Assembly: GCA_903845055.1 (NCBI GenBank)
Contig: CAIMWF010000134.1
Span: 19,127 to 83,126 of the forward strand
Origin: an uncultured Bacteroidales bacterium
GTDB lineage: Bacteria; Bacteroidota; Bacteroidia; Bacteroidales; FEN-979
Direction: 5' to 3'
DNA length: 64,000 nucleotides
Made by a program: the position numbers and the translations under genes. Position 1 is the first letter of the stretch. Every line of letters begins with the position of its first letter. Below the pieces are notes generated by a model that did not search any database, was not told the DNA's origin, and saw nothing but the letters and a program-made list of their open reading frames with translations. Shown piece by piece: positions 26,822-36,917 of this stretch.

Positions 26822-28978
26822 CTATTGAATGACCAGTTTGCGGGCTTCGGTCCCGTTTGAGGTCCGGATTTTCAGGATATAAATGCCGGCAGTGAGCGAG
26901 CCCACCGCGATTTCCATCCTCGCCGGATCGTGGAACCTGTTCTCAAGACATTGCTCTCCGCGGATATTGGCAATTGTTACCGTGACATCCCCGATGAGCT
27001 TTCTTTCGCTGGTGATGGTGACCTTGGTGGAGGCCGGGTTTGGGAACAAGGTGAAAGCCCGATTTTCAGCCAGGGGAGATTGAACGGAGACCAGTCCGCC
27101 GCCGTTCGTGGTGCGCAGGATGGCCCCGTCAACACCAACCGCAACGCCGGTACTGTCGCTGGCAAAACAGATGGAATAGATATTGGATGGAACGCCGCTG
27201 GCCTGCGCGGTCCAGGTCGCCCCGCCGTCGATGGTTTTGATGATGGTTCCCGCTGCAACACTGGAATTTGTCCCGGCAATATACCCGGTATGCGCATCTG
27301 TAAAGAAAACCGAATTCAGTTCAAGATGCATCGAAAAAGGGAGGTCGTTCCAGGTCGCCCCGCCGTCGGTGGTTTTGACTACGGCACCCAACCAGCTTTG
27401 CGCTTTATTGAATCCAACAGCATACCCAGTATTGGCGTCGGGGAAAAAGACGGAAGACAAACCCAGGGTGGATGAAATGGTTGTGGTGGTCCAGGTGGCC
27501 CCGCCATCGCTGGTTTTCAGGATATCACCCGAACCGTTGCCCATGGACCAGATGCTTCCACCCACCGCAACGCCGTTATGGACATCGGTAAAATACATTG
27601 CGTTGATTGCGTAACTCAGCCCGCTCACAACCTGGCTCCAGGTTGCACCGGCATTCGTGGTTTTCATGATATACCCGTTGGAACCCGACCCGTCGCACCC
27701 TGCCGCATACCCGGTACTTTCATCGGGAAAGAACAGGGAGGTGAAGCGGAAGGTTGTCCCGGTGTTGAGGGTTGTCCAGGTATTTCCGCCTGTATAGGTT
27801 TTCAGGATGATCCCGCTGTCGCCCGCCGCGTAACCGGTATTGGCATCGGTGAAAAAGACAGAAAAGAACATTTCGGTACTGGTGTTCGGGAGCGTCATCC
27901 AGGTGGCCCCGCCGTCGGTGGACTTGAGAAAGATGCTCGGGGGTTGCGGGTATTTATTGCCCACGGCATAGCCAACGTTTGCTGTCGGAAAACAAACGGA
28001 TGACAACGAATTGCAGGTAACGGCATCCGACAATGAAATCCAGTTGGCCCCGCCGTCGTAGGTTTTCAGCATGGTTCCGTAGAACCCCACTGCATACCCG
28101 GTGTTGCTGCTGGTAAAGAACAGGTCGTAGATTTTTTTATTGGTCCCCGCAGGTAACGTATTCCAGGTCACCCCACCATCGGTCGTTTTTTGCAGGTTCC
28201 CGTTGTTTCCCGACACATAGCCGGTGGAGGCACTGGTAAAAAAGACACTGTGGAGCGGACCTGCCGACGAACTCACCATGACGTTCCAGGTGGCTCCCCC
28301 GTCGGTGGTTTTGACAATTGACCCGTGATTGTTACCGGCGTCACTTCCAACCGCATACCCTGTGTTCGCGTCGGGAAAGCTGACCGACTCCAGCGCAAAA
28401 CTGGTGCCACTGATCATAAGATTCCAGGTTGCACCGCCATCGCTGGTTACCAGGATGGTACCCCCGTCTCCCACCACGATGCCGTGGCTGGCATCGATGA
28501 AACGGATGACATACAGGCTCCAGTAGTTGCCGCTCGGCTGCGAGGCCCAGGATATTCCACCATCGACGGTTTTGAAGATGAAATAGGCCCCCACTGCAAA
28601 CCCGGTATTCGCATCGAGGAAGAATACCGACGAAAGGTCATGACCCGTCGTGTTTGGCAAAGCGGTCCAGGTGGCGCCCGCATCGGTGGTTTTCAGGATG
28701 GAAGGTCCGTCACCCACGGCATAGCCGGTGCTGGCATTGGGGAAATGCATTCCCGACAGGTAGGAGGTCGAGCCGGTCGGGAGGATGCTCCAGGTGGCCC
28801 CCCCATTAACGGTCTTGATGATGGTGCCGTTATTTCCCATGGCATAACCTGTGAGGGCATCCATAAACTGGACGCCGAAAAGGTGGTTGCCCTGCGGCAG
28901 CGGGTTCTGCCATGTCCACTGGGCAAAAGAACACAGCAAGCTCATCGCGAAAATGACGGAAATACTTAACTTTTTCAT
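26822..28978 (-). CDS. BNR/Ycf48-like multi-propeller protein with a T9SS C-terminal sorting domain
   Basis: 718 aa with a signal peptide. It has at least 12 copies of the T(T/S)DGGATW BNR motif. The CTD is FTLFPNPASTKVTI...GIYILKIRTSNGTEARKLVIQ. Confidence 0.8.
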   Translation of the reverse strand: MKKLSISVIFAMSLLCSFAQWTWQNPLPQGNHLFGVQFMDALTGYAMGNNGTIIKTVNGGATWSILPTGSTSYLSGMHFPNASTGYAVGDGPSILKTTDAGATWTALPNTTGHDLSSVFFLDANTGFAVGAYFIFKTVDGGISWASQPSGNYWSLYVIRFIDASHGIVVGDGGTILVTSDGGATWNLMISGTSFALESVSFPDANTGYAVGSDAGNNHGSIVKTTDGGATWNVMVSSSAGPLHSVFFTSASTGYVSGNNGNLQKTTDGGVTWNTLPAGTNKKIYDLFFTSSNTGYAVGFYGTMLKTYDGGANWISLSDAVTCNSLSSVCFPTANVGYAVGNKYPQPPSIFLKSTDGGATWMTLPNTSTEMFFSVFFTDANTGYAAGDSGIILKTYTGGNTWTTLNTGTTFRFTSLFFPDESTGYAAGCDGSGSNGYIMKTTNAGATWSQVVSGLSYAINAMYFTDVHNGVAVGGSIWSMGNGSGDILKTSDGGATWTTTTISSTLGLSSVFFPDANTGYAVGFNKAQSWLGAVVKTTDGGATWNDLPFSMHLELNSVFFTDAHTGYIAGTNSSVAAGTIIKTIDGGATWTAQASGVPSNIYSICFASDSTGVAVGVDGAILRTTNGGGLVSVQSPLAENRAFTLFPNPASTKVTITSERKLIGDVTVTIANIRGEQCLENRFHDPARMEIAVGSLTAGIYILKIRTSNGTEARKLVIQ

Positions 28979-29162
28979 ATGGGTTTTATTTTGAGGAAAG
29001 AAATTGTCCTGGGTGGGCTTTAGAGGCTAAGTATCTGATATAATGAACGAAATGACAGATAACATATTGTCCATACTAATATAGGAAATTTTTAGGTGTA
29101 TAGGCAAGAAAAAATTCAAATTACTTTCATGGCAGTGTGGAGCGTCCGGAAACGTGGTTTTT

Positions 29163-29187
29163 ACTGTAAATTTCCTAATTTTACAGT
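29163..29187 (+). promoter_or_regulatory. Palindrome ACTGTAAA-N9-TTTACAGT just upstream of mntH (candidate operator)
   Basis: An 8-bp perfect inverted repeat ends 14 nt before the mntH ATG. It encloses a near-consensus -7 box (TAATTTTA). Confidence 0.35.
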
Positions 29188-29200
29188 GAATTAGCACGAT

Positions 29201-30463
29201 ATGTTTTTCGATTTTATTAAGGACCTGCGGAGAAGGGATCACAAGCCCCGGTTTGGCGGGCTTGACATTCTCAAATATATTGGCCCCGGCCTCCTGGTCA
29301 CGGTTGGTTTCATCGATCCGGGCAACTGGGCTTCCAACATCGCGGCGGGATCGGTGTTTGGATATGAACTGCTTTGGATGGTCACCCTTTCGACGGTCAT
29401 GCTGATCATTCTCCAGCACAACGTGGCCCATCTTGGTATTGCGACCGGCTTATGCCTGTCGGAGGCAGCCAACAAACACACCCCGGTGTGGATTTCGCGT
29501 ACCGTGCTGATTTCGGCGATGGGGGCCTCCGTCTCCACCTCGCTTGCTGAAATACTGGGCGCGGCGGTTGCCCTGAATATGCTGTTCAACATCCCGATCC
29601 CGGCGGGGGCGATCCTTTCGTTTGTATTTGTGGCCATCATGCTGCTTACCAATTCGTACCAGAAGATTGAAAAGTTCATTATCGCCTTTGTTTCCATCAT
29701 CGGCCTTTCGTTCCTTTATGAACTGACGCTTGTCGATGTCAACTGGGTAGCAGCCGGCATCGGCTGGGTGAAGCCCTCCATCCCTGCCGGGTCGATGATC
29801 ATCATCATGAGCGTGCTGGGAGCGGTGGTGATGCCCCATAACCTGTTTCTCCATTCGGAGATCATCCAGAGCCGCCAGTGGAACCTCGAAAATGAGAAGG
29901 TGATCAAGCGGCAGCTCGATTTCGAGTTGTTCGACACCCTCTTTTCCATGATCATTGGGTGGGCCATCAACAGTGCCATCATCCTGCTCGCCGCAACAGC
30001 ATTTTTCACACATCATACAGTGGTGAGCGAACTTCAGCAGGCCGAAAGCATCCTGAAACCCCTGCTGGGCAACCATGCCGCCGTGGTTTTCGGGGTGGCA
30101 TTGCTTTTTGCCGGCATCGCCTCGACCATCACTTCGGGGATGGCCGGGGGGAGCATCTTCGCAGGTTTGTTCGGCGAACCTTATGACATTCACGACAGCC
30201 ATTCACGGCTTGGGGTGATCATTTCACTGGTGGTTGCCCTGCTGATCATCTTCCTGATCAGGGATCCATACCAGGGACTGATCATTTCGCAGATGGTGCT
30301 GAGCATCCAGCTGCCATTTACCATTTTCCTGCAGATTTACCTGACCTCCTCGCCAAAGGTAATGGGCAAATATGTCAACACCCTTACCACAAAGGTCATG
30401 CTCCTTATCGTCGGGGCTGTGGTGATCTTCCTGAACATAAAATTACTGATCAGTCTCTTCTGA
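29201..30463 (+). CDS. mntH: Nramp family divalent metal (Mn2+/Fe2+) transporter
   Basis: 420 aa with 11 TM segments. Contains GPGLLVTVGFIDPGNWASNI and VMPHNLFLHS, which are Nramp signatures. Confidence 0.9.
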   Translation: MFFDFIKDLRRRDHKPRFGGLDILKYIGPGLLVTVGFIDPGNWASNIAAGSVFGYELLWMVTLSTVMLIILQHNVAHLGIATGLCLSEAANKHTPVWISRTVLISAMGASVSTSLAEILGAAVALNMLFNIPIPAGAILSFVFVAIMLLTNSYQKIEKFIIAFVSIIGLSFLYELTLVDVNWVAAGIGWVKPSIPAGSMIIIMSVLGAVVMPHNLFLHSEIIQSRQWNLENEKVIKRQLDFELFDTLFSMIIGWAINSAIILLAATAFFTHHTVVSELQQAESILKPLLGNHAAVVFGVALLFAGIASTITSGMAGGSIFAGLFGEPYDIHDSHSRLGVIISLVVALLIIFLIRDPYQGLIISQMVLSIQLPFTIFLQIYLTSSPKVMGKYVNTLTTKVMLLIVGAVVIFLNIKLLISLF

Positions 30464-30504
30464 AAACCTTACCTTTGCCCTTCCAAACAGCGGCCTGAGC
30501 CTGA

Positions 30505-31740
30505 ATGATGACACCCGGAAAAAAAATCTTCCATGCAATTCTGAGAACAACAGGTTTCATCCTGGCGGTTCTCCTGGTTTTGGAACTGGTCCTTTATTTC
30601 CTGGTACCCGTCTATGATTTTCCTGCCCCCCGGCCTTTTTCAGGTGAAAAACTCTACAATCCATACCAGGGGATGGACAGCACATGCTGGAGGAAAGCCA
30701 ATTTTCACTTTCACACCCGCGCCTGGGGCGGGCTGACGAGTGGCCGGCACAACTCCAACGAGGACTTTTACCGTACCTATAAAGCCATGGGCTATGACGC
30801 CCCCCAGATTTCAAACTATATGTCGATTGATGAATCGTTCAGGGATTCAGCATTTTACGTTCCCGGGTACGAGCATGGTTTTGGCATCAGGAAAAAGCAC
30901 CAGATACTGATCGGTTCGCACCGTGTGCTGTGGCTCGACTATTCCCTCGTCCAGAACCTGAACCACAAGCAGCATATGCTCAACCTGCTCAGACCCGATA
31001 ACGACGTGGTGGGGATCGCGCATCCCGACTGGGAAGGCGGGTACAGCCTGGCCGACATGCAAATGCTCTCGAATTACGACCTCGTGGAGGCGCTCGACCA
31101 TAACTGGCGGTCGCTCCCGCAGTGGGATGCCGCCCTGTCGGCCGGCCGGCCGGTCTATATCCTGGCCGACGACGACGCGCACAATATAAGCGACCCATAC
31201 GAGATTCAGCGGATGTGCACCTTCATCAACAGCCCGGGAGTTCATGGCGCAGACCTTGTCAAAGGGCTGAAATCGGGAATGGCCTACGGTGCCGACATTT
31301 ACATGGGAACCAATGAGACCTTCGCTGAAAAAGCAGTTCATGCAAAATCGATGCCTGTCGTCAACTCGGTGAGGGTCGCAGGGGATACCCTGTGGGTTGC
31401 CGTTAGCGGAAAGCCGCTGAAAATGACCTTTATCGGCCAGGACGGTGAACTGAAAAAGATTGTGAGGCTTTCAAATCGTGCATGGTACAAATTCAAGGCC
31501 GAAGATACCTATATTCGTACCGAGATCGTATTTTTAAAATACCATAAATTTCCGGCCGTAGGGCAGGGGACTGTTTTTTACCTGAACCCCGTATTCAGGT
31601 ACGACGGCCAGCCTCCTTCAAATCCTTTGCTTGCCGAGATCGACTGGCCAAGAACCTGGATTCAACGGGTCCTCGGACTCGGTTCGCTGGCGACATTGAT
31701 CCTGGCAGCAGGGTTTATCAGATGGAAGAAAAAATTATAA
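30505..31740 (+). CDS. Membrane-anchored hypothetical protein, possibly a PHP-type metal-dependent phosphoesterase
   Basis: 411 aa with TM helices at both termini. His/Asp-rich motifs NFHFHTRAW, GYEHGFG, GIAHPDW and ADDDAHN are spaced like PHP motifs. The function call is tentative. Confidence 0.4.
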   Translation: MMTPGKKIFHAILRTTGFILAVLLVLELVLYFLVPVYDFPAPRPFSGEKLYNPYQGMDSTCWRKANFHFHTRAWGGLTSGRHNSNEDFYRTYKAMGYDAPQISNYMSIDESFRDSAFYVPGYEHGFGIRKKHQILIGSHRVLWLDYSLVQNLNHKQHMLNLLRPDNDVVGIAHPDWEGGYSLADMQMLSNYDLVEALDHNWRSLPQWDAALSAGRPVYILADDDAHNISDPYEIQRMCTFINSPGVHGADLVKGLKSGMAYGADIYMGTNETFAEKAVHAKSMPVVNSVRVAGDTLWVAVSGKPLKMTFIGQDGELKKIVRLSNRAWYKFKAEDTYIRTEIVFLKYHKFPAVGQGTVFYLNPVFRYDGQPPSNPLLAEIDWPRTWIQRVLGLGSLATLILAAGFIRWKKKL

Positions 31741-31766
31741 ATTAAAAATTAAAAAATTACGCCATT

Positions 31767-31840
31767 CATTCGTCACTCGTCACTCGTCACTCGTCATTAT
31801 AAATCGTAAATCCAAAATCGTAAATCGTATATCCTAAATG
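31767..31840 (+). repeat. Compound tandem array: CACTCGT x4 (reverse complement of the GAGTGAC family) then AAATCGT family, ending in a start codon
   Basis: Read as cattcgt cactcgt cactcgt cactcgt cattata aatcgta aatccaa aatcgta aatcgta tatccta aATG. The stretch 31801-31829 is identical to 6270-6298. Confidence 0.95.
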
Positions 31841-33400
31841 GTTTCTCCCCGCCGCACTTACCTGGCCTTTTACATTCTCCTTGCGCTTTCGGCGCTGTTC
31901 AGGGGGTTTGTCGCCGGGTTCATCGAACTGGGGAATGACGAGGTTTATTACCTCACCTATGCCCGGTTCCCGGCACTGAGCCATTTTGATCATCCCCCGA
32001 TGGTGGGGCTGGTCATCCAGTTTTTTACCTTCAACCTGGCATATGACAGCGAGTTTTTCGTACGGCTTGCCGCGGTGGTATTCGGGACCCTCAGCACGGG
32101 CCTCATGTTCCTGATCGGGAAGCAGATCAGGAACCCGCTCACCGGCCTTTATGCCGCCCTGCTTTACACCGCTTCGTTTTACGGGTTTATTCTCAGCGGG
32201 ACTTTTATGCTGCCCGATGCCCCCCAGGTATTTTTCTGGCTGGTAACGCTATACCTCCTCCTCCTGTCATTACCGGACAGGGAGATGGTTAAGAAGAGCA
32301 GGAATTTCCTCCTGCTCGCAGCAGTCACCGCCGGGCTGGCCCTGCTCTCAAAATACCATTCGGTCTTCCTGCTTACCGGGGTGGTGGCCTATGTTTTATT
32401 TTATCAGAGGGGCTGGCTCAAAACCAGGGAATTTTACTTGTTTTTTCTCATTGTCGCCCTGATATCAGCACCCATTTTTTTCTGGAATATTGAGAATAAT
32501 TTCATCAGTTTTACCTTTCATGAAAGCAGGATCTCGTTAACTGAATCGGGGCTGCGGCCGCAATTTTTCCTCACCGAAATCGTCGGGGAGTTTTTATACA
32601 ACAACCCGGTCAACATGGTAATCCTCATTGCAGCCCTGGTTGCTGTGTGGTTCCGCAGGCGTTTCCTGCTTGAGAAACCCTGCCTGCGCATCCTGTTATG
32701 GACGAGCATTCCGCTGATCCTGGTTTTCCAGTCATTTTCGCTTGTCAGGAGCACGCTGCCACACTGGACCGGCCCGGGGTACCTCGGGCTGATCTTCATA
32801 TCCGCGGCCTTCCTGGAGGAACGGAGGGGAAATTCATCAAAACCGGGGCTTATCCCCTGGCCGCTCACGGCGGCGCTGGCCCTCATGCTCGCCATCTCGG
32901 TGACAACCATCGGACAGATCCGGTACGGGTGGGTGCCCCTGAAAAAATGGCATGCGGCCGACCCGTCGCTCGACATGACCGGGTGGGAACAATTGGGAAC
33001 AAAATTCGATTTGCTTGCGAAATATAATGAGGATCACGGACTCATCGGGAAGAATGCCCCGATCGTCACCTTCCGGTGGTTCCCGGCAGCCAATTTCGAT
33101 TATTATCTTGGCCGCAGGATCAGCAAACCTGTTTACGCGCTCGGAACCCTCGAACGAATTCACAAGTATCATTGGATCAACAGAATAAACGGCAATCTCC
33201 GCAAAGGGTCCGACGCCTGGTTTATTTCCCTGAGCGATGATTACGAAGATCCGGTTGCGTTGTATGGCAGTCTTTTCATGGGTATCGTTCCCACCGACAC
33301 ACTATATATAACCCGGGGCCGCGACACCGTTCGCAGGGCCTTTGTTTTCAGGATGACGGATCTGAAAGAGGAGATGGTTTTCACCGGCAGGATCGACTGA
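31838..33400 (+). CDS. Glycosyltransferase family 39 (ArnT/PMT-like) membrane protein
   Basis: 520 aa, polytopic. The N-terminal motif GNDEVYYLTYARFPALSHFDHPPMVG is typical of GT39/ArnT-like enzymes. Confidence 0.8.
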   Translation: MVSPRRTYLAFYILLALSALFRGFVAGFIELGNDEVYYLTYARFPALSHFDHPPMVGLVIQFFTFNLAYDSEFFVRLAAVVFGTLSTGLMFLIGKQIRNPLTGLYAALLYTASFYGFILSGTFMLPDAPQVFFWLVTLYLLLLSLPDREMVKKSRNFLLLAAVTAGLALLSKYHSVFLLTGVVAYVLFYQRGWLKTREFYLFFLIVALISAPIFFWNIENNFISFTFHESRISLTESGLRPQFFLTEIVGEFLYNNPVNMVILIAALVAVWFRRRFLLEKPCLRILLWTSIPLILVFQSFSLVRSTLPHWTGPGYLGLIFISAAFLEERRGNSSKPGLIPWPLTAALALMLAISVTTIGQIRYGWVPLKKWHAADPSLDMTGWEQLGTKFDLLAKYNEDHGLIGKNAPIVTFRWFPAANFDYYLGRRISKPVYALGTLERIHKYHWINRINGNLRKGSDAWFISLSDDYEDPVALYGSLFMGIVPTDTLYITRGRDTVRRAFVFRMTDLKEEMVFTGRID

Positions 33401-33420
33401 TACCCGGTACCGGGATTCCA

Positions 33421-35016
33421 TTATTCCCTGACAAGCCTGGTCTGCAGTTCACCAAAAATTGTCCTGAGCACTGCAATATAGACCCCGGGAGGAGAGGCTG
33501 AGAGGTCAATTTCTGTAATAATGCCTGCGGAGTTCTTTTCCATGATCAGGTTTCCCCTGAGATCATAAACCTCGACAGCCATCACCCGCGACCCCTTCAG
33601 ACGGAAACGGGACCCGCCCGGGTTTGGAAAAACTTCCACGGCGGGAAGCAGTTCATGAACGATATTCCTGATCCCGTTGGTGTTGAGGTCGTGCAGGTTT
33701 TTTACTGAATACCAGATGTTTAGGAACCCGTTCCGGGTGTCGCCCCAGGCGGCATGAACCGTATCGCCTGCCACTTCCAGTGCCATGAAGTCGTTTCCAT
33801 TCTGGCTCAGGACATCATGATATGCCGAAAGGGTATCCGATATCCGGAAATTTGCCGAGAAACCGGTCGAATCTTTCCATCGCATGGTTCCCCAGATTTC
33901 AGAAGCTTCGGCATAACCTGTCCCCGGGCTGTTGCGCCGGTCACGCCATGCAGCAACGAAATTACCCGTCGCATCAAAACTGCTCCAGACCAGGTCCTGC
34001 ATCTTGCCATTGCGCCGGGGGTCGGAATTCAGTCTTAGCGGGCTGCTCCATGAAACTCCGCCGTCAGGCGATTCGCTGAAAAAAACATCCAGGTCGCCGA
34101 AGGTTGAATTCAGGAAAACGAATGCCAGGTGATGCGGATTCACGGGATCGGCGGCAAGATGCCCCCCGGCCTTGGCCAGCGTGTCGGTGATGCCGGTGTT
34201 TGAATAGAGCGCCCCGTGGTATGTAAAACCGGCACCATCATCGGCGGATTCGGCGTGGATGAATCCCGGCAGGATATTCTGGGAAACAACCCAGCTCGGG
34301 TAAAGGCAGTGAAAAACCCCGTCGGATGAAACGGTCGGGGCGGCCATGGGTGCTTTGATGTAACCGCCTACGAGATAGCCCGGCCCGTCAATATACCGCC
34401 AGGCACCCCAGGTCAGCCCTTGGTCGGAAGAGGCTGTGAAATAGGGCCGGTTCGGCGGTGCGACCCACGGGGCCGGCTTGGAGGTGACATAAAGGTGGTT
34501 GTTGACCGGGTTAATGCAAAGCCAGGGACGGTCAATCGGTTTTTTGGAGCCATCGGCACCGGCATCCAGGATTTTGGATGTGAAATTCCAGGTAAGCCCC
34601 CCGTCGGCCGATTTTACCAGGTAGATGCCCCCGTTGTCGGGTGCCTCCTGGTAATCAATGTAACAGGCATAGAGGTTGCCTTTGTTGTCGAATGCCAGGG
34701 ACGGATCGGCCGAATGAAAAGAGGGGGAAAAGTGGGGAAGAAGTACCGGGCTGCTCCAGGTCCTTCCCCCGTTGAATGAAACAATCGTCTTGATTGAAAG
34801 CAGGAACCCGGGCTGGTACCCCATCCATGCCACCACGACATGATGCGGGTTGACCGGGTCGATGGCCATACAGGGTTCCCCGTCAAAAACAGATCCATTG
34901 GAAATATTCGCATTCTGCGCAAAGGCAGCATCCGCCATCAGGAAAGCGATCCCGGCAAATATGCCGAAAAAAATCCCTGAAACAACCCTCCGCGACAAAA
35001 AACGACCTCCTGGCAT
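33421..35016 (-). CDS. BNR/sialidase-fold (exo-alpha-sialidase-like) protein with a T9SS C-terminal sorting domain
   Basis: 531 aa with a signal peptide. BNR motifs are SFNGGRTWS, SADGGLTW, SSDQGLTW and SPDGGVSWS. The CTD is VEVFPNPGGSRFRL...GVYIAVLRT. Confidence 0.75.
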   Translation of the reverse strand: MPGGRFLSRRVVSGIFFGIFAGIAFLMADAAFAQNANISNGSVFDGEPCMAIDPVNPHHVVVAWMGYQPGFLLSIKTIVSFNGGRTWSSPVLLPHFSPSFHSADPSLAFDNKGNLYACYIDYQEAPDNGGIYLVKSADGGLTWNFTSKILDAGADGSKKPIDRPWLCINPVNNHLYVTSKPAPWVAPPNRPYFTASSDQGLTWGAWRYIDGPGYLVGGYIKAPMAAPTVSSDGVFHCLYPSWVVSQNILPGFIHAESADDGAGFTYHGALYSNTGITDTLAKAGGHLAADPVNPHHLAFVFLNSTFGDLDVFFSESPDGGVSWSSPLRLNSDPRRNGKMQDLVWSSFDATGNFVAAWRDRRNSPGTGYAEASEIWGTMRWKDSTGFSANFRISDTLSAYHDVLSQNGNDFMALEVAGDTVHAAWGDTRNGFLNIWYSVKNLHDLNTNGIRNIVHELLPAVEVFPNPGGSRFRLKGSRVMAVEVYDLRGNLIMEKNSAGIITEIDLSASPPGVYIAVLRTIFGELQTRLVRE

Positions 35017-35035
35017 TTTAAAAATTCAATGTATC

Positions 35036-35078
35036 AATCCTCACATCCCCAAATCTCCACATCCCCAAATCCTCTCAT
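35036..35078 (+). repeat. 16-nt tandem repeat (AATCYTCACATCCCCA) x2.7
   Basis: Read directly. It fills the spacer between the fumC stop (35075-35077) and the start of the BNR protein gene (35016). Confidence 0.85.
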
Positions 35079-36472
35079 TTCGGTCCTGTCATCTTCCGGG
35101 GGTCGACGATCCTTGTGAACTCCTCATCTGTAAGCAAACCCAGCTGGAGGGTGGCTTCCCGCAGGGTGAGATGTTCCTTGTGCGCTTTCTTGGCGATTTT
35201 AGCCGAGTTGTCGTACCCGATATGGGGATTGAGCGCGGTAACGAGCATCAGCGAGTTTTCGAGGTTCTTATTGATGGCAGCCATGTTTGGCTCGATACCC
35301 ACGGCACAGTTGTCGTTGAAGGAAACACATGCATCCCCCAGGAGACGGGCTGATTGCAGCACATTCGAAATGATGAGCGGCTTGAAGACATTCAGCTGGA
35401 AGTGACCGCTGATGCCGCCGATGTTAACGGCCACATCGTTGCCGAGCACCTGGGCGCACACCATGGTCATCGCCTCGGGCTGGGTCGGGTTGACCTTGCC
35501 CGGCATGATGCTCGATCCGGGTTCATTTTCGGGCAGCATGAGTTCGCCGATGCCGCACCGTGGACCGGAGGCCAGCAGGCGGATGTTGGAGGCGATATGC
35601 ATCAGGCTGACGGCCAGTGTTTTCAAAGCGCCGGAAGTTTCAACCATGGAATCGTGCGACGACAGGGATTCAAATTTATTCGGTGCCGTAATGAACGGAA
35701 GACGTGTAAGCGCAGCAATTTTTTCAGCAACCAGCACGTCATAGCCTTTTGGGGCGTTGAGGCCGGTTCCGACTGCGGTTCCCCCGAGGGCCAGCTCTGA
35801 CAGATGTACGAGGGTGTTTCTTATTGCCTTCATGCCATGGTCGAGCTGTGATACATAACCCGAAAATTCCTGGCCGAGGGTAAGCGGTGTCGCATCCATC
35901 AGGTGGGTGCGGCCGGTTTTTACAATCTCCCTGAATTCATCCGATTTCTTTGCCAGCGTGTTCCTGAGCAGTTCAACACCCGGGAGGGTGGTCCCTGTAA
36001 CCACCTGGTAGGCAGCGATGCTCATGGCGGCCGGGAAGGTGTCGTTTGATGACTGCGATTTGTTGACATCGTCGTTTGGATGGATCACGGTTTTCTCCTC
36101 GCCGCCCAGCACGCCGCCGTTGAGAACGTGCGCCCGGTTGGCGATCACCTCGTTGAGGTTCATGTTGGTCTGGGTTCCCGATCCGGTTTGCCAGATGACG
36201 AGGGGGAACTGGTCGTCGAGTTGGCCGGCAAGGATCTCGTCGCACACCCTGACAATCAGCTCCTTTTTGGCTTCGGGCAGCACCCCCAGGCCGGCATTCA
36301 CCATGGCGGCCGCTTTTTTGAGGATGGCCATCGCGCGGATCACCTCTTTTGGCATGGATCCGGGCTCCCCGATTTTAAAATTGGTCAGCGAACGCTGGGT
36401 CTGTGCGCCCCAGTATTTATCCATGTCGACCTCGATGGGTCCCATGGTATCCTTTTCGATGCGTGTCTTCAT
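35075..36472 (-). CDS. fumC: Class II fumarate hydratase
   Basis: The protein starts [28 protein letters not shown] and has the signature [13 protein letters not shown]. Start set at ATG 36472, giving 465 aa. Confidence 0.92.
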   Translation of the reverse strand: MKTRIEKDTMGPIEVDMDKYWGAQTQRSLTNFKIGEPGSMPKEVIRAMAILKKAAAMVNAGLGVLPEAKKELIVRVCDEILAGQLDDQFPLVIWQTGSGTQTNMNLNEVIANRAHVLNGGVLGGEEKTVIHPNDDVNKSQSSNDTFPAAMSIAAYQVVTGTTLPGVELLRNTLAKKSDEFREIVKTGRTHLMDATPLTLGQEFSGYVSQLDHGMKAIRNTLVHLSELALGGTAVGTGLNAPKGYDVLVAEKIAALTRLPFITAPNKFESLSSHDSMVETSGALKTLAVSLMHIASNIRLLASGPRCGIGELMLPENEPGSSIMPGKVNPTQPEAMTMVCAQVLGNDVAVNIGGISGHFQLNVFKPLIISNVLQSARLLGDACVSFNDNCAVGIEPNMAAINKNLENSLMLVTALNPHIGYDNSAKIAKKAHKEHLTLREATLQLGLLTDEEFTRIVDPRKMTGPK

Positions 36473-36500
36473 GGTGGATATGTTTGATAATGTTCTGAAG

Positions 36501-36845
36501 TCAGGATAAAAGAGGGTTGATATTTTCAACCGGATCGCCGATGACCGCACGGTAACCAGTCTCAACGATCGGACGCTGCAGCAGTTTCGGATGCTCAGTG
36601 ATGATCCGGATCCATTCGTGATCTTCGAATTGTTTCCCCTTGAGGTTTTGTTTGTAGTAATCCTCCTGGGTCCGTAAAACCTCCCGGGGCTTTTTATTCA
36701 GCTTGATCAGCAGGGTCTCCAGTTCCTTGTCCGTCAGCGGGTTTTTCATGTACTCAACCACCTCGACAGGCTTCCCCGACGCCTTCAGGTATTCCAGCCC
36801 TGCCCGCGATTTTTTACATTGGGGGTTGTGATAAATCTTAATCAT
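36501..36845 (-). CDS. ArsC/Spx/YffB family reductase-like protein
   Basis: 114 aa. The N-terminus [20 protein letters not shown] carries a CxxS motif, and LLQRPIV lies near the C-terminus. Confidence 0.75.
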   Translation of the reverse strand: MIKIYHNPQCKKSRAGLEYLKASGKPVEVVEYMKNPLTDKELETLLIKLNKKPREVLRTQEDYYKQNLKGKQFEDHEWIRIITEHPKLLQRPIVETGYRAVIGDPVENINPLLS

Positions 36846-36850
36846 ATCAG

Positions 36851-36917
36851 ATTTACAATTTACGATTTACGATTTCGCTACCTCGCTACCTCGCTACCTC
36901 GCTACCTCGCTATTTAT
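36851..36917 (+). repeat. Compound tandem array: ATTTACG x4 (reverse of AAATCGT) then TACCTCGC x4 (reverse of GAGGTAGC), filling the prfB-arsC spacer
   Basis: Read as atttaca atttacg atttacg atttcgc tacctcgc tacctcgc tacctcgc tacctcgc tatttat. On the coding (minus) strand the units read GAGGTAGC and AAATCGT. Confidence 0.95.

Noticed and set aside
28979-29200. Mn-sensing yybP-ykoY riboswitch or RNase P-like segment (GAGGAAAG..GTCCTGGG at about 28993) upstream of mntH
   Set aside because: Only a short chance resemblance was found. None of the conserved riboswitch or RNase P core elements I remember could be located, and the region is a short divergent promoter spacer.
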